Source: Acidimicrobiia bacterium
GTDB lineage: Bacteria; Actinomycetota; Acidimicrobiia; IMCC26256; PALSA-610
NCBI GenBank assembly: GCA_038320885.1
Contig: JBBQER010000003.1
Span: forward strand, 11,794-75,793
Direction of reading: 5' to 3'
Length of the DNA stretch: 64,000 nucleotides
In this document: positions 8,669 through 17,185 of the stretch, piece after piece
Position numbering within the stretch: the first letter of the stretch is position 1
Layout: the number at the start of each line of letters is the position of its first letter
The notes under the pieces: generated by a model
Databases searched by the model: none
The model's input: the letters and a program-made list of their open reading frames with translations, nothing else
Told to the model about the DNA's origin: nothing
Program-made: the position numbers and the translations under genes

Positions 8669-11128
8669 CTACTCGACGCGGAGTTGCTCGCTCGGCGCCA
8701 TTCGGACGGTTCCTCTCGAAGCCGCCAGCGCGATCAACACCGCCACCGCCAGCGCGCCCAGCGGCGCGACGACGAGCGTCGTCCATCCCACGGTCGTGTC
8801 GGCCGGCAGGCCGATGTGTTGCGTCACCCCGCGCCAAATTCGGTTGCCGGCGATCAATCCCAACGGCACCGCGATCGCGATGCCGGTGACAATGAGCGCC
8901 AGGCTCGCGACGACGCCGACCGCGCGTCGCTGACCGCGGGTGAAACCCAACGCGGCCAGCACCGCGAGGTTCGTTCGGTTGCGGCCCAGCATGGTGACCA
9001 GCGCGTGCACCAGTGTGGCGAGAGCGAGAATGGCGATCAACGCCGAGATCAGCCACGGAACCGCGCGCAGGTGACCCAGATTGCGGACGTCGACCTGAGG
9101 CGTGACCTCGCGGATGGAACCCGGGAAGTCGCGGCGTACCGACTCGATCGCCGCGGCGCGGTCGCGTCGCGGATCGAGCTTGATCACGATCGACTGGGGC
9201 ACGTTGCTCGGCCCGGTCGTCTCGGCGAGCACCCGCGGCACGACGACGGCGCCCTCGCCGGCTCCGGACTGGCTCGTGATCGGATCGTTGACGACGGCGA
9301 TGCCGACTACGCGGAGCCGAAGCCGCACGTGCGGGTTGCTCGTGTTTCCGAGTGTGACGGCGTCGCCGATGTGCTTGTGCAGCGCTTGCAGGGTGGTGCG
9401 GCCCAGCGCGACCTCGCGATCGCCGGCCGGTGCACGACCATCGGTCGTCATCGGTTGTTCGTGGCCGATGTAGTTGGTCGCAGCGACGACCGGCGCCGCG
9501 CGTCCGTCGAAGGTGAACGTGTCGACGTCGTCCTGGTAGCCGGACGCGGCCACCACCGCCGGATTCCCGCGCAGCTTGGCGATACCGGCGTCGAGTGGAG
9601 CCCGCTCGGAGTATTGGCCCACCGCGATGGTCCACCACGCACCGAAACGCGCCGGCTCGCTGACCAGCCGGTCGTAGCTCGCAACCATCACGCCGGCAGC
9701 CAGCCCCGCGGTCAGAGCCACCGCAGTGACGCCGATCGCAGCTCGCGAGGAGCGACCCCGGGCGACGCTCGCGCCGACCAGTGCGACCGGGCCCACGCCG
9801 CGTAGCACCGGCTCGATCCGGGACGCCGGCTGGCCGGCGCGCAAGCGTCGAGGCGCCTCTCCCTCGATCGGCGCGATGAGGCCCGTAACCGCGAAGAGCG
9901 CGATGACGGCCAGCAGGGTGAGCGCCACGACGGTCGCGTCGAATCTCACGCCGATGTCGAACTCCGTCTCGCGCGCGAGGCCGAGCGGGCCGAAGGGCGA
10001 GAGCGCGACGATACCAACCGCCGCGACCGCGCAGGCGGGGAGGGCGATCGTCAACGAGCGCCCGACGTTGACGAGCCGGAGCTCGCGCCGCGTCATCCCG
10101 ATCGCAGACAGCCGCGCGAACTCGGCGGCCTCCCGCCGCAGCTCTCGCAACGCGGTGAGACCGACGAATCCGATGCTCGCGGCGATTGCGATGACAGCGA
10201 AGATCAGCAGCGCGTTCCGTTCGAGGTCGATAACGCGTCGCAGCGACGACACCGAGACGTCGCCGATCGTGGTGGTCTGGGTGAACCATCCTCCGGGACC
10301 CTTGCTGAGCGTGCGATCGAATGCGGGGACCGACTGCGGACCGCCGCGGAGCCGCACGAACACACCCGAGCCGTAGCCGGCTATCCCCCAGGCGTGCGCG
10401 GCGAGCCAACCGGGCCCGGCGTAGACTCTGCCCGAGATCACGACGTCGGAAAGACTGCCCCCCTCGTCGGGCTGCACGTCTTCGAGGTACCGCACGATCC
10501 CGACGACTTTCGACGAGAAGGGCGGCGTCTGCGGCTTGACACTGCCGTCGATCGCCGCGTCCAGGTCGCGCTGGTGCCAACCGGCGACGCGCACGGTGTC
10601 ACCGACGTGGAGTCGGGCCTGGCGCGCCGCGTCGGCGCCCAGCATGATCTCGTCGCCGGCGGCCGGGTCGACGAGCCGACCGTCGACGATGATCGGGTAA
10701 CCGTGCACAGGCGGAGAGCCCGGCGTGCCTGCGCCCTCGAGCAGGCTCAACCGGCCCCAATGATTCGACACGGACGGGTCGAGCAACGCGACGACGAGCG
10801 TCGTTCCCAACGAGGTGCGCTCGACGCCGTCCAAGCGGTTGACGACGCGACGGAACCGTTGCGTCACCGTCGGGTTCCCACAGAGCCTGAGGCCGGCGGC
10901 CGTACTGTGGATGTCGTCGGGGTTGACGCCCGGCGGGCAGCCCTGGGCGATCTGGTCGTAGATACGGCTCTGCGCCATGAATCGCGGGATCGACGTGCCG
11001 GCCCGATCGGCCGCCTGGAACGATGCCCCCACCACGCTTGCGGCCAACCCCGCGACCACCGCGAGGAAAACCGAAGCGCGCCGATGCCGGCGCCAAGCCG
11101 ATGTCACCAGCATCCCGATCGCGGTCAT
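8669..11128 (-). CDS. FtsX-like ABC transporter permease with two FtsX modules (MacB-like topology)
   Basis: Large TM / extracytoplasmic domain / TM x3 pattern repeated twice. Start taken at MTAIGMLVTSAWRRHRR. No ATPase gene adjacent. Confidence 0.8.
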   Translation of the reverse strand: MTAIGMLVTSAWRRHRRASVFLAVVAGLAASVVGASFQAADRAGTSIPRFMAQSRIYDQIAQGCPPGVNPDDIHSTAAGLRLCGNPTVTQRFRRVVNRLDGVERTSLGTTLVVALLDPSVSNHWGRLSLLEGAGTPGSPPVHGYPIIVDGRLVDPAAGDEIMLGADAARQARLHVGDTVRVAGWHQRDLDAAIDGSVKPQTPPFSSKVVGIVRYLEDVQPDEGGSLSDVVISGRVYAGPGWLAAHAWGIAGYGSGVFVRLRGGPQSVPAFDRTLSKGPGGWFTQTTTIGDVSVSSLRRVIDLERNALLIFAVIAIAASIGFVGLTALRELRREAAEFARLSAIGMTRRELRLVNVGRSLTIALPACAVAAVGIVALSPFGPLGLARETEFDIGVRFDATVVALTLLAVIALFAVTGLIAPIEGEAPRRLRAGQPASRIEPVLRGVGPVALVGASVARGRSSRAAIGVTAVALTAGLAAGVMVASYDRLVSEPARFGAWWTIAVGQYSERAPLDAGIAKLRGNPAVVAASGYQDDVDTFTFDGRAAPVVAATNYIGHEQPMTTDGRAPAGDREVALGRTTLQALHKHIGDAVTLGNTSNPHVRLRLRVVGIAVVNDPITSQSGAGEGAVVVPRVLAETTGPSNVPQSIVIKLDPRRDRAAAIESVRRDFPGSIREVTPQVDVRNLGHLRAVPWLISALIAILALATLVHALVTMLGRNRTNLAVLAALGFTRGQRRAVGVVASLALIVTGIAIAVPLGLIAGNRIWRGVTQHIGLPADTTVGWTTLVVAPLGALAVAVLIALAASRGTVRMAPSEQLRVE

Positions 11129-11241
11129 CCGGACGCAGTCTGGTCTCGTGGATCCGGGCGGGGAAGTGTGCCAGCCTGTAGAACCCGAGTGCAGGTAGCC
11201 CCCCGGCCCGATCAGCAAGACCTCAGAGGCCCATCGACGAC

Positions 11242-12120
11242 TTGAAGCCGGAGCTGATTGTGGTTCCCGTGTCAGATGTCGACGGGCGATGGGGTGAGTT
11301 CACACTGCCGACATGTTCGGGCATCGCCGCGTTTACGGCCGCCGGGAAGACTGCCGAGGTGCTGGTACGCGTCGGTTGCCAGTTCGAGTACATCGCACCG
11401 GAGACCACGCCGTCGCTGTGGCAGGTGCGACCGCGTCCCGACGGCGAGCATCGCGTCGTCGCCGAGAGTTGGGAGCCACCGGCTCCCGCACGCAGCTATG
11501 TCGACGCGTACGGCAACGCGTGTGAACGCCTGATCCTTCCGCCGGGCCGGTCGCGGCTGCGTTACGACGCGACAGTCGAGGTGCCGTCGATGCCCGACGA
11601 CGTCTACACCAGTGCCGGCGAGACCGCGATCGAGGACCTGCCCGACGAGATATTCGTCTACCTGCTCCCGAGCCGCTTCTGCTGGCCCGACACGCTGCAC
11701 GATCAAGCGTGGGAGTTGTTCGAATCGGTGAAGCCGGGCTGGTCGCGAGTGCAGGCAGTGTGCGACTGGGTCAACGCGCAGACCATCGTGTACGACGTGT
11801 GGGAGTCGCGCGCCGGCGTATGTCGGGATCTCACGCAGCTCGGCATCACGCTCTGCCGCGCGCTCAACATCCCGGCGCGCTACGTGGCCGGGTACCTCCC
11901 CGACATCGACGTGGTCCCGCCCGATCTTCCGATGGATTTCTGCTCGTGGTTCGAAGCCTGGCTCGACGGGCGGTGGTGGACCGTCGACCCTCGCAACAAC
12001 CAGCCGCGTATCGGCCGGGTTGTGACCGCCCGCGGTCGCGATGCGCTCGACGGCGCCATGGTCACCACTTGGGGCGGAGCCGCTCTGGAATCGATGGAGG
12101 TGTGGGCCGACGAAGCCTGA
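11242..12120 (+). CDS. transglutaminase-like family protein
   Basis: Core motif GVCRDLTQLGITLCRALNIPARYVAGY. The start is uncertain (TTG at 11242, or an internal GTG near 11359). Confidence 0.75.
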   Translation: MKPELIVVPVSDVDGRWGEFTLPTCSGIAAFTAAGKTAEVLVRVGCQFEYIAPETTPSLWQVRPRPDGEHRVVAESWEPPAPARSYVDAYGNACERLILPPGRSRLRYDATVEVPSMPDDVYTSAGETAIEDLPDEIFVYLLPSRFCWPDTLHDQAWELFESVKPGWSRVQAVCDWVNAQTIVYDVWESRAGVCRDLTQLGITLCRALNIPARYVAGYLPDIDVVPPDLPMDFCSWFEAWLDGRWWTVDPRNNQPRIGRVVTARGRDALDGAMVTTWGGAALESMEVWADEA

Positions 12121-12131
12121 CGCGCGGCCGT

Positions 12132-12137
12132 TAGGGT
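12132..12137 (+). promoter_or_regulatory. candidate -10 hexamer TAGGGT, 7 nt upstream of the ATG at 12145 (leaderless candidate)
   Basis: TAnnnT hexamer, no SD. Confidence 0.35.
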
Positions 12138-12144
12138 CGCGGGT

Positions 12145-12693
12145 ATGAGTGAGATCTCCGAACGCTTCCGTGATCTGGCCGCCAAGTTCGGCGCACGTGT
12201 CGATGCCGTGCCCGACGATCGTTGGAACAGCCCGTCGCCGTGCGACGACTGGACCACGAGAGATGTCGTCGGACACATCGTCGGCAACTGCGCGATGTTC
12301 CTCGGCCTGATCAACCGCGAGGTGCCTGCCGGTCCTTCGGTCGAGGACGAGCCTCGCGGCGCGTGGGCCAACGGGCGCGACTCGATTCAAGCCGCACTCG
12401 ATGATCCCGCGATCGCGACGACGGCCTACGAAGGACGCATGGGCAAGGGCACCTTCGAACAGGGCGTCGCGCGATTCGGGTTTATGGATCTGGTCGTGCA
12501 CTCATGGGATATCGCGCGCGCGGCGGGTGGCGACGAGAAGCTCGATCCCACCGACGTGCACGACATGTTCGAGATGGCCAAGCCGATGGACGAGATGATG
12601 CGCACGCCCGGCGTCTGCGGTCCGAAGGTCGACGTTCCACCCGGCGCCGACGAGCAGACGCAGTTCCTCGCCTTCATGGGCCGCCAGGCCTGA
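12145..12693 (+). CDS. TIGR03086-type DinB-like metal-binding protein
   Basis: WNSPSPCDDWTTRDVVGHIVGN motif. 182 aa. Confidence 0.7.
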   Translation: MSEISERFRDLAAKFGARVDAVPDDRWNSPSPCDDWTTRDVVGHIVGNCAMFLGLINREVPAGPSVEDEPRGAWANGRDSIQAALDDPAIATTAYEGRMGKGTFEQGVARFGFMDLVVHSWDIARAAGGDEKLDPTDVHDMFEMAKPMDEMMRTPGVCGPKVDVPPGADEQTQFLAFMGRQA

Positions 12694-12710
12694 GCCCGAT
12701 CGCTCGAACT

Positions 12711-12749
12711 TTGCGCGTTTGACGTCGATTTTCGGGGTTAAACGCGCAA
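12711..12749. terminator. AT-rich hairpin (10-bp perfect stem TTGCGCGTTT/AAACGCGCAA, 19-nt loop) between convergent genes
   Basis: Read directly from the sequence. Sits between the stops at 12693 and 12791. Also resembles the element at 55242-55286. Confidence 0.35.
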
Positions 12750-12790
12750 TGAACAGCGTAAGCCGAGCTCACCGATGCGGGTCGAGTCGG

Positions 12791-13831
12791 TCACGCTGAG
12801 GCCACGCGCCGCAGCACCTCGTCGACGTCGGCTTCCCAGACGGTCTGCTTGGCGGTGACGACGAAACCCAGCTCGTTGTTGATGGCAAGTATGGGCGCGT
12901 TGGTGAACGCGTTGTGCGTGCGGATGCGGAACGACTCGGGTTTGTCGCGGAAGATGCGGTCGATCATCGCCGCCTTGAGCCGGCGTCCCAAGCCGTGGCC
13001 GCGGTGATCCGGGTGCACGCCGGTGTTGCCCTGGTCGACATGACCCGGCCAGTCCTCGTAGAAGAACGCCTGGGTGTAGCCGACGAGCCGTTGCGTGGCG
13101 CGTTCGCGGGCGAAGATCGTCCATCGTTCCCCAGGAGACTGCGCCTGCTGCTGCTCGCGTTGTGCCACCCAGTCGGCGTCCATCACCGCGTCCTCGACGT
13201 CGAGGTCGTCGTGCGGCATGGTGTTCATCACCACTTCGATCTCGGCGATCGCGCCGTACTGGTCGCTGGGGTAGGCACCCACGACCGGCCACAGCTCGTA
13301 CCGCTCGCGCACCTCGCTCGGAACGTCGAGCCATCGACCAACGAGGTCACGGTCGACCGCGCGCAGGTCGAGGTCACTGCGACGGATGACCTGCCGGTCG
13401 GCGCCCCCGACTGAGCACGCGAACAACTCACCGGCCGAGGCGAGGTCCCAGGAGAAGCCGGCGAGCACGCGCCGGTGCTCCGCCTTCGCGCGCGTGGCAA
13501 CCGCGGCCACGAGCGAACGGCCGATCCGTTGCCGCCGGTACGGGGGCGCGACGCGTAGTTCGACGTTCCCGAGGTGCTGGTTGTCGGTCGCCGGCAGGCT
13601 CAGCGCTGCGACGCCCGCCATCGCGTTGCCGGACTCCGCGCGCACGACCCACGTCACCCGCTGGGCGTTGGGACGCTGCTGCGTCGCGAGCCACAGTGCT
13701 GGCTCCTCGGCCATCGACACCTCGTCGGGCGCGTGCTCCGCCCACATGGTCTGTTCGAACGCGACGAGGGCGCGCCGGTCGGCGTCGGTGAGGTGATCGA
13801 CATCGACTTCCACGACTTCGGCTGCGTGCAT
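12791..13831 (-). CDS. GNAT family N-acetyltransferase (two GNAT-like halves)
   Basis: RRQRIGRSLV and HRGHGLGRRLK acetyl-CoA-binding type motifs. 346 aa. Confidence 0.7.
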   Translation of the reverse strand: MHAAEVVEVDVDHLTDADRRALVAFEQTMWAEHAPDEVSMAEEPALWLATQQRPNAQRVTWVVRAESGNAMAGVAALSLPATDNQHLGNVELRVAPPYRRQRIGRSLVAAVATRAKAEHRRVLAGFSWDLASAGELFACSVGGADRQVIRRSDLDLRAVDRDLVGRWLDVPSEVRERYELWPVVGAYPSDQYGAIAEIEVVMNTMPHDDLDVEDAVMDADWVAQREQQQAQSPGERWTIFARERATQRLVGYTQAFFYEDWPGHVDQGNTGVHPDHRGHGLGRRLKAAMIDRIFRDKPESFRIRTHNAFTNAPILAINNELGFVVTAKQTVWEADVDEVLRRVASA

Positions 13832-13837
13832 GTCCCC

Positions 13838-14305
13838 TCAGTGTGCGGGCGCGCGCCAGACAGTCGGCGGGGTACCCGCGAAGAGCTCCTTGACGTTCCA
13901 GAGCTCGATCCGCCACGGATCGAACCGGAGGAGTCCATACTCGGGATGGGTCGGCGCTTTGAAGAAGTGCTCCAGCGGGTAGCCCTCCGGCTTGGTCTCG
14001 TAGAGCTGCCAGAGACGTAGCCGTTCGCGGTCGTCGTCAACCCACGTCGCGCGACATTCGACGTAGATCTGCTCGTGTGATTGGTCCCAATACGCGAGGG
14101 ACACGAACGGGTTCCGCTCGAGATGCTGGGCCTTGAAGGAGTGACGACCCGTCGCCAACCAACCGACCGGCTCCTCCCAGACGGGATGCACGAGCCGGCC
14201 GCGCGGACGATTGCGCGAGTCCACCGTTGTCATCGACGCCCATTGGATCTGCTCGACACGACGTCGGAACTCGACGGCGACGTCCGCGAAGTCAACGACA
14301 TTCAC
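13838..14305 (-). CDS. pyridoxamine 5'-phosphate oxidase family (split-barrel flavin/deazaflavin) protein
   Basis: GTG start VNVVDFADV. ...ASMTTVDSRNRPRGRLVHPVWE...FVSLAYW. The upstream part of track ORF 13838..14755 is an Arg-rich extension. Confidence 0.65.
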   Translation of the reverse strand: MNVVDFADVAVEFRRRVEQIQWASMTTVDSRNRPRGRLVHPVWEEPVGWLATGRHSFKAQHLERNPFVSLAYWDQSHEQIYVECRATWVDDDRERLRLWQLYETKPEGYPLEHFFKAPTHPEYGLLRFDPWRIELWNVKELFAGTPPTVWRAPAH

Positions 14306-14349
14306 AGTCGCGATTCTGTCAGGCGCTGAGCGCCCGCGCAGGCCCGCGG

Positions 14350-14355
14350 TAGATT
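14350..14355 (+). promoter_or_regulatory. candidate -10 hexamer TAGATT, 6 nt upstream of the GTG at 14362 (leaderless candidate)
   Basis: TAnnnT hexamer, no SD. Confidence 0.35.
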
Positions 14356-14361
14356 GCCGCC

Positions 14362-16089
14362 GTGTCAGACCCCGTGCTGATCGCGGTCGAAGGCGACCCC
14401 GAAGCGATGCTCGACCTCGAGCGAGAATTGCGCGAGCGCTACAGCCACAACTACCAGGTCGAGTGCATTCGCTCGCCCGACGACGCGCGCGCCCGGATGC
14501 AGGAACTTGCGGACGCCGATGCGGACGTCGCGTTGGTCCTGGCGGCCCAGTGGCTGGAGGGGATGACCGGCAGCGAGCTGCTGGACGAGTCGCGGCGGCT
14601 TCATCCGAATGCACGGCGCATCTTGCTGATCGGGTGGGGCGATTGGGGCGACCCGGCCACCGGCGAGGCGATCTTCGACTCGATTGCGTCCGGTCGCATC
14701 GACCACTACTTGCTGAGGCCGTCGCCGCCGCCCGACGAGCTCTTCCATCACGCAATCTCGGGATTGTTGCGCGACTGGGCCGAAGGGCAGCGCACCTCGC
14801 CGCACACCGTCGTCGTGGTCGGCGAATCGTGGTCGGGCCGCGCGTATGAGCTCAGGGAGGCACTCGGACGCTGCGCGATGCCGCACGCGTTCCACCTGGC
14901 CGGCTCGCAGAGCGGGCAGGCAATGGTCGAGCAGGCGGGGACGAACCTGAAGCTGCCGCTCGTCGTGTTCCCCAATGGCACGATCCTGCAAGATCCCACC
15001 AATGCCGAGCTGGCGCAGGCTTCCGGCTCGCCGGTGCACCCCGAGCGCATGGACTTCGACCTCGTGATCGTCGGCGGGGGCCCGGCCGGCCTGTCCGCCG
15101 CGGTGTACGGCGCGTCGGAAGGCTTCAGCACGTTGGTCGTCGACGAAGGCGGCATCGGCGGGCAGGCGACCTCGAGCTCGCTGATTCGCAACTATCTCGG
15201 GTTTCCTCGGGGTGTCAGCGGTCGCCGCCTGGCGCAGGACGCGTACCAGCAGGCCTGGGTCTTCGGCGCGAACTTCGCGTTCATGCAGCGCGTCACCGAC
15301 ATTCGCCGCGACGGCGACGGGCTCGGCGTGGCGCTTTCCGACGCCGGCTGGGTTCGGGCCCGCGCCGTTCTCCTCGCGACCGGCGCCTCCTATCGCCGCC
15401 TCGGCGTGCCTTCGCTGGAGGCGCTGAACGGTGCCGGCGTCTTCTACGGCAGTCCCGCTTCGGAGGCATCTCGCGTCGCGGACCGCGACGTCTACATCCT
15501 CGGCGGCGCGAACTCAGCCGGTCAGGCCGCCTTGTATCTCGCCCGATTCGCGCGACGCATCACGCTGGTCGTGCGAGCCGAGTCACTCGCAGCCGGCATG
15601 TCGCACTACTTGATCCGCCAGATCGAGGCGACCGACAACCTGGAGGTCCAACTCGGGACCGAGGTTGTCGGCGGCGGCGGCAACGGTCGGCTCGAGCACC
15701 TGATCCTTCGCGATCGCGCCGGCGGCGCCGAGGAGACCGTCAGCGCCGACGCGCTGTTCCTGATGATCGGCGCGCGACCGCGCACCGAGTGGCTGCCGGC
15801 CGAGATCGAGCGGGACGAAGCCGGCTTCGTCCTCACCGGGTCCGATCTCCCCGCCCCGGATTCCTGGCCACTCGAACGGAGTCCGTTCCTGTTCGAGACG
15901 AGCGTGCCCGGAGTGTTCGCCGCCGGCGATGTTCGACACAGTTCGGTGAAGCGGGTCGCGGCGGCGGTCGGTGAAGGCTCGGTCGCGATCCAGTTCCTGC
16001 ACCAACTGTTCGCGGCCGACGAGCTTCATCCGCGCGGTCGCCCGCACGAGCCCGCACCCCCGGCGGCGAGCGCGGCATTGATCCGGTAA
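14362..16089 (+). CDS. pseudo-receiver domain fused to a thioredoxin-reductase-fold FAD oxidoreductase
   Basis: N-terminal CheY-like fold without the acceptor Asp. FAD motif VIVGGGPAGLSAA, NAD(P) motif ILGGANSAGQAA, GD motif VFAAGDV. No CxxC. Confidence 0.8.
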   Translation: MSDPVLIAVEGDPEAMLDLERELRERYSHNYQVECIRSPDDARARMQELADADADVALVLAAQWLEGMTGSELLDESRRLHPNARRILLIGWGDWGDPATGEAIFDSIASGRIDHYLLRPSPPPDELFHHAISGLLRDWAEGQRTSPHTVVVVGESWSGRAYELREALGRCAMPHAFHLAGSQSGQAMVEQAGTNLKLPLVVFPNGTILQDPTNAELAQASGSPVHPERMDFDLVIVGGGPAGLSAAVYGASEGFSTLVVDEGGIGGQATSSSLIRNYLGFPRGVSGRRLAQDAYQQAWVFGANFAFMQRVTDIRRDGDGLGVALSDAGWVRARAVLLATGASYRRLGVPSLEALNGAGVFYGSPASEASRVADRDVYILGGANSAGQAALYLARFARRITLVVRAESLAAGMSHYLIRQIEATDNLEVQLGTEVVGGGGNGRLEHLILRDRAGGAEETVSADALFLMIGARPRTEWLPAEIERDEAGFVLTGSDLPAPDSWPLERSPFLFETSVPGVFAAGDVRHSSVKRVAAAVGEGSVAIQFLHQLFAADELHPRGRPHEPAPPAASAALIR

Positions 16090-16106
16090 TCGATACCTTG
16101 CCGAAC

Positions 16107-16574
16107 ATGAACGAACGAATCGAGGTCCAGCGGACCATCCCCGCCGACGCGGCGGCCATCTTTCGGGTCGTGTGCGATCCGCGGGGGCATGTCGCGATCG
16201 ACGCTTCCGGCATGTTGCAGAGCTCGACTGGCGAGCCGGTCGGCGCCGTCGGCGACACCTTCGTGATCCACATGGACCGCGAGTCGTTAGGTGACCGTCC
16301 TATGGGCAAGTACGACGTGACCGTCACGATCACCGACTACGAGCAAGATCGGCTCGTCACGTGGGAGGTGTCGGGCGAAGGTTTCCCGAGCATCGGGCAC
16401 TACTACGGGTACCGGCTCGAACCTGTTGCCGACGGCACGGTCGTGACGTCGATCTACGACTGGTCGAACGTCGCTGACAAGTGGAAGCCGAACGACGCCT
16501 GGCCGATCATCCCCGAATCCGCGCTGAAGGCCACCCTCGGCATCCTCGAGCGAACCGTGCGCGCCGCACCGTAG
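16107..16574 (+). CDS. SRPBCC family protein
   Basis: MNERIEVQRTIPADAAAIFRVVCDP is a typical SRPBCC start. About 155 aa. Confidence 0.7.
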   Translation: MNERIEVQRTIPADAAAIFRVVCDPRGHVAIDASGMLQSSTGEPVGAVGDTFVIHMDRESLGDRPMGKYDVTVTITDYEQDRLVTWEVSGEGFPSIGHYYGYRLEPVADGTVVTSIYDWSNVADKWKPNDAWPIIPESALKATLGILERTVRAAP

Positions 16575-16797
16575 AGCGACCCGCGATCGCGGGTTGAGCG
16601 ATGGAACTGCCGGCCGTACCGTTGCGCTGGTATGGCGGCGCGCGGCGCGACTGTCTTCCTCGCGTTGACGTTTTTTTGCGGTCGGTTGCGCTGATAGTGG
16701 CAACACCGCGGCGCGGCACCCGTGCACGACGCTTCCGGCCGGGTCGGCCGCATCGAAAATCGTCTGGAAGATCGATCATGGTGCCACCTCTCGGGTC

Positions 16798-17049
16798 ATG
16801 CGCGAGGACGGATCGCGCTCGCCGAACCGTACGGACAAACGCTTTGGTGTGTTCGGCGCCGACACGAGCAGCATGTTCAGCTACCGGGGCAAGATGTTCA
16901 CGCTGTTCCAGGACAACTTCGGCGCACCCGCGGACCCGTTCGCGGCCGACTTCTTCTCGGTCGAATGGTTCTACCCGCAACACGGGGACACCTTTGACGC
17001 CGGCACCTATATCAACGTCTGTACCGGCGACTACGTCGGTAGCCCATGA
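16798..17049 (+). CDS. hypothetical small protein (possibly a gene fragment)
   Basis: Strong GC3 bias and Phe/Asp-rich, non-shadow composition inside a 600-bp gap. No recognisable domain. Start uncertain. Confidence 0.3.
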   Translation: MREDGSRSPNRTDKRFGVFGADTSSMFSYRGKMFTLFQDNFGAPADPFAADFFSVEWFYPQHGDTFDAGTYINVCTGDYVGSP

Positions 17050-17185
17050 AGGGCAGCCGACCGGACTGCCGGGAACCGCTGATCTCAGTGTTCTGATGTG
17101 AATCCGTGCCGCTTACCGTCACCGATTCGCGTTTGATGAGAATTCGTGACGGTTTGCGTCTGCCTCGTCGCCGGGCGGTGTGCGA

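Noticed and set aside
8241-10580. Very long ORFs antisense to or overlapping confident genes. Examples: 8241-10580(-), 17483-19459(+), 22165-24195(-), 35134-37137(-), 42576-45224(-), 52422-54131(-), 59357-60937(-), 60937-62364(-), 2175-3473(-), 11272-12501(-).
   Set aside because: They are Arg/Pro/Gly/Ala-rich and low in complexity, with no recognisable motifs. They lie opposite genes that have clear family signatures and proper GC3 bias. These are typical shadow ORFs of high-GC DNA.
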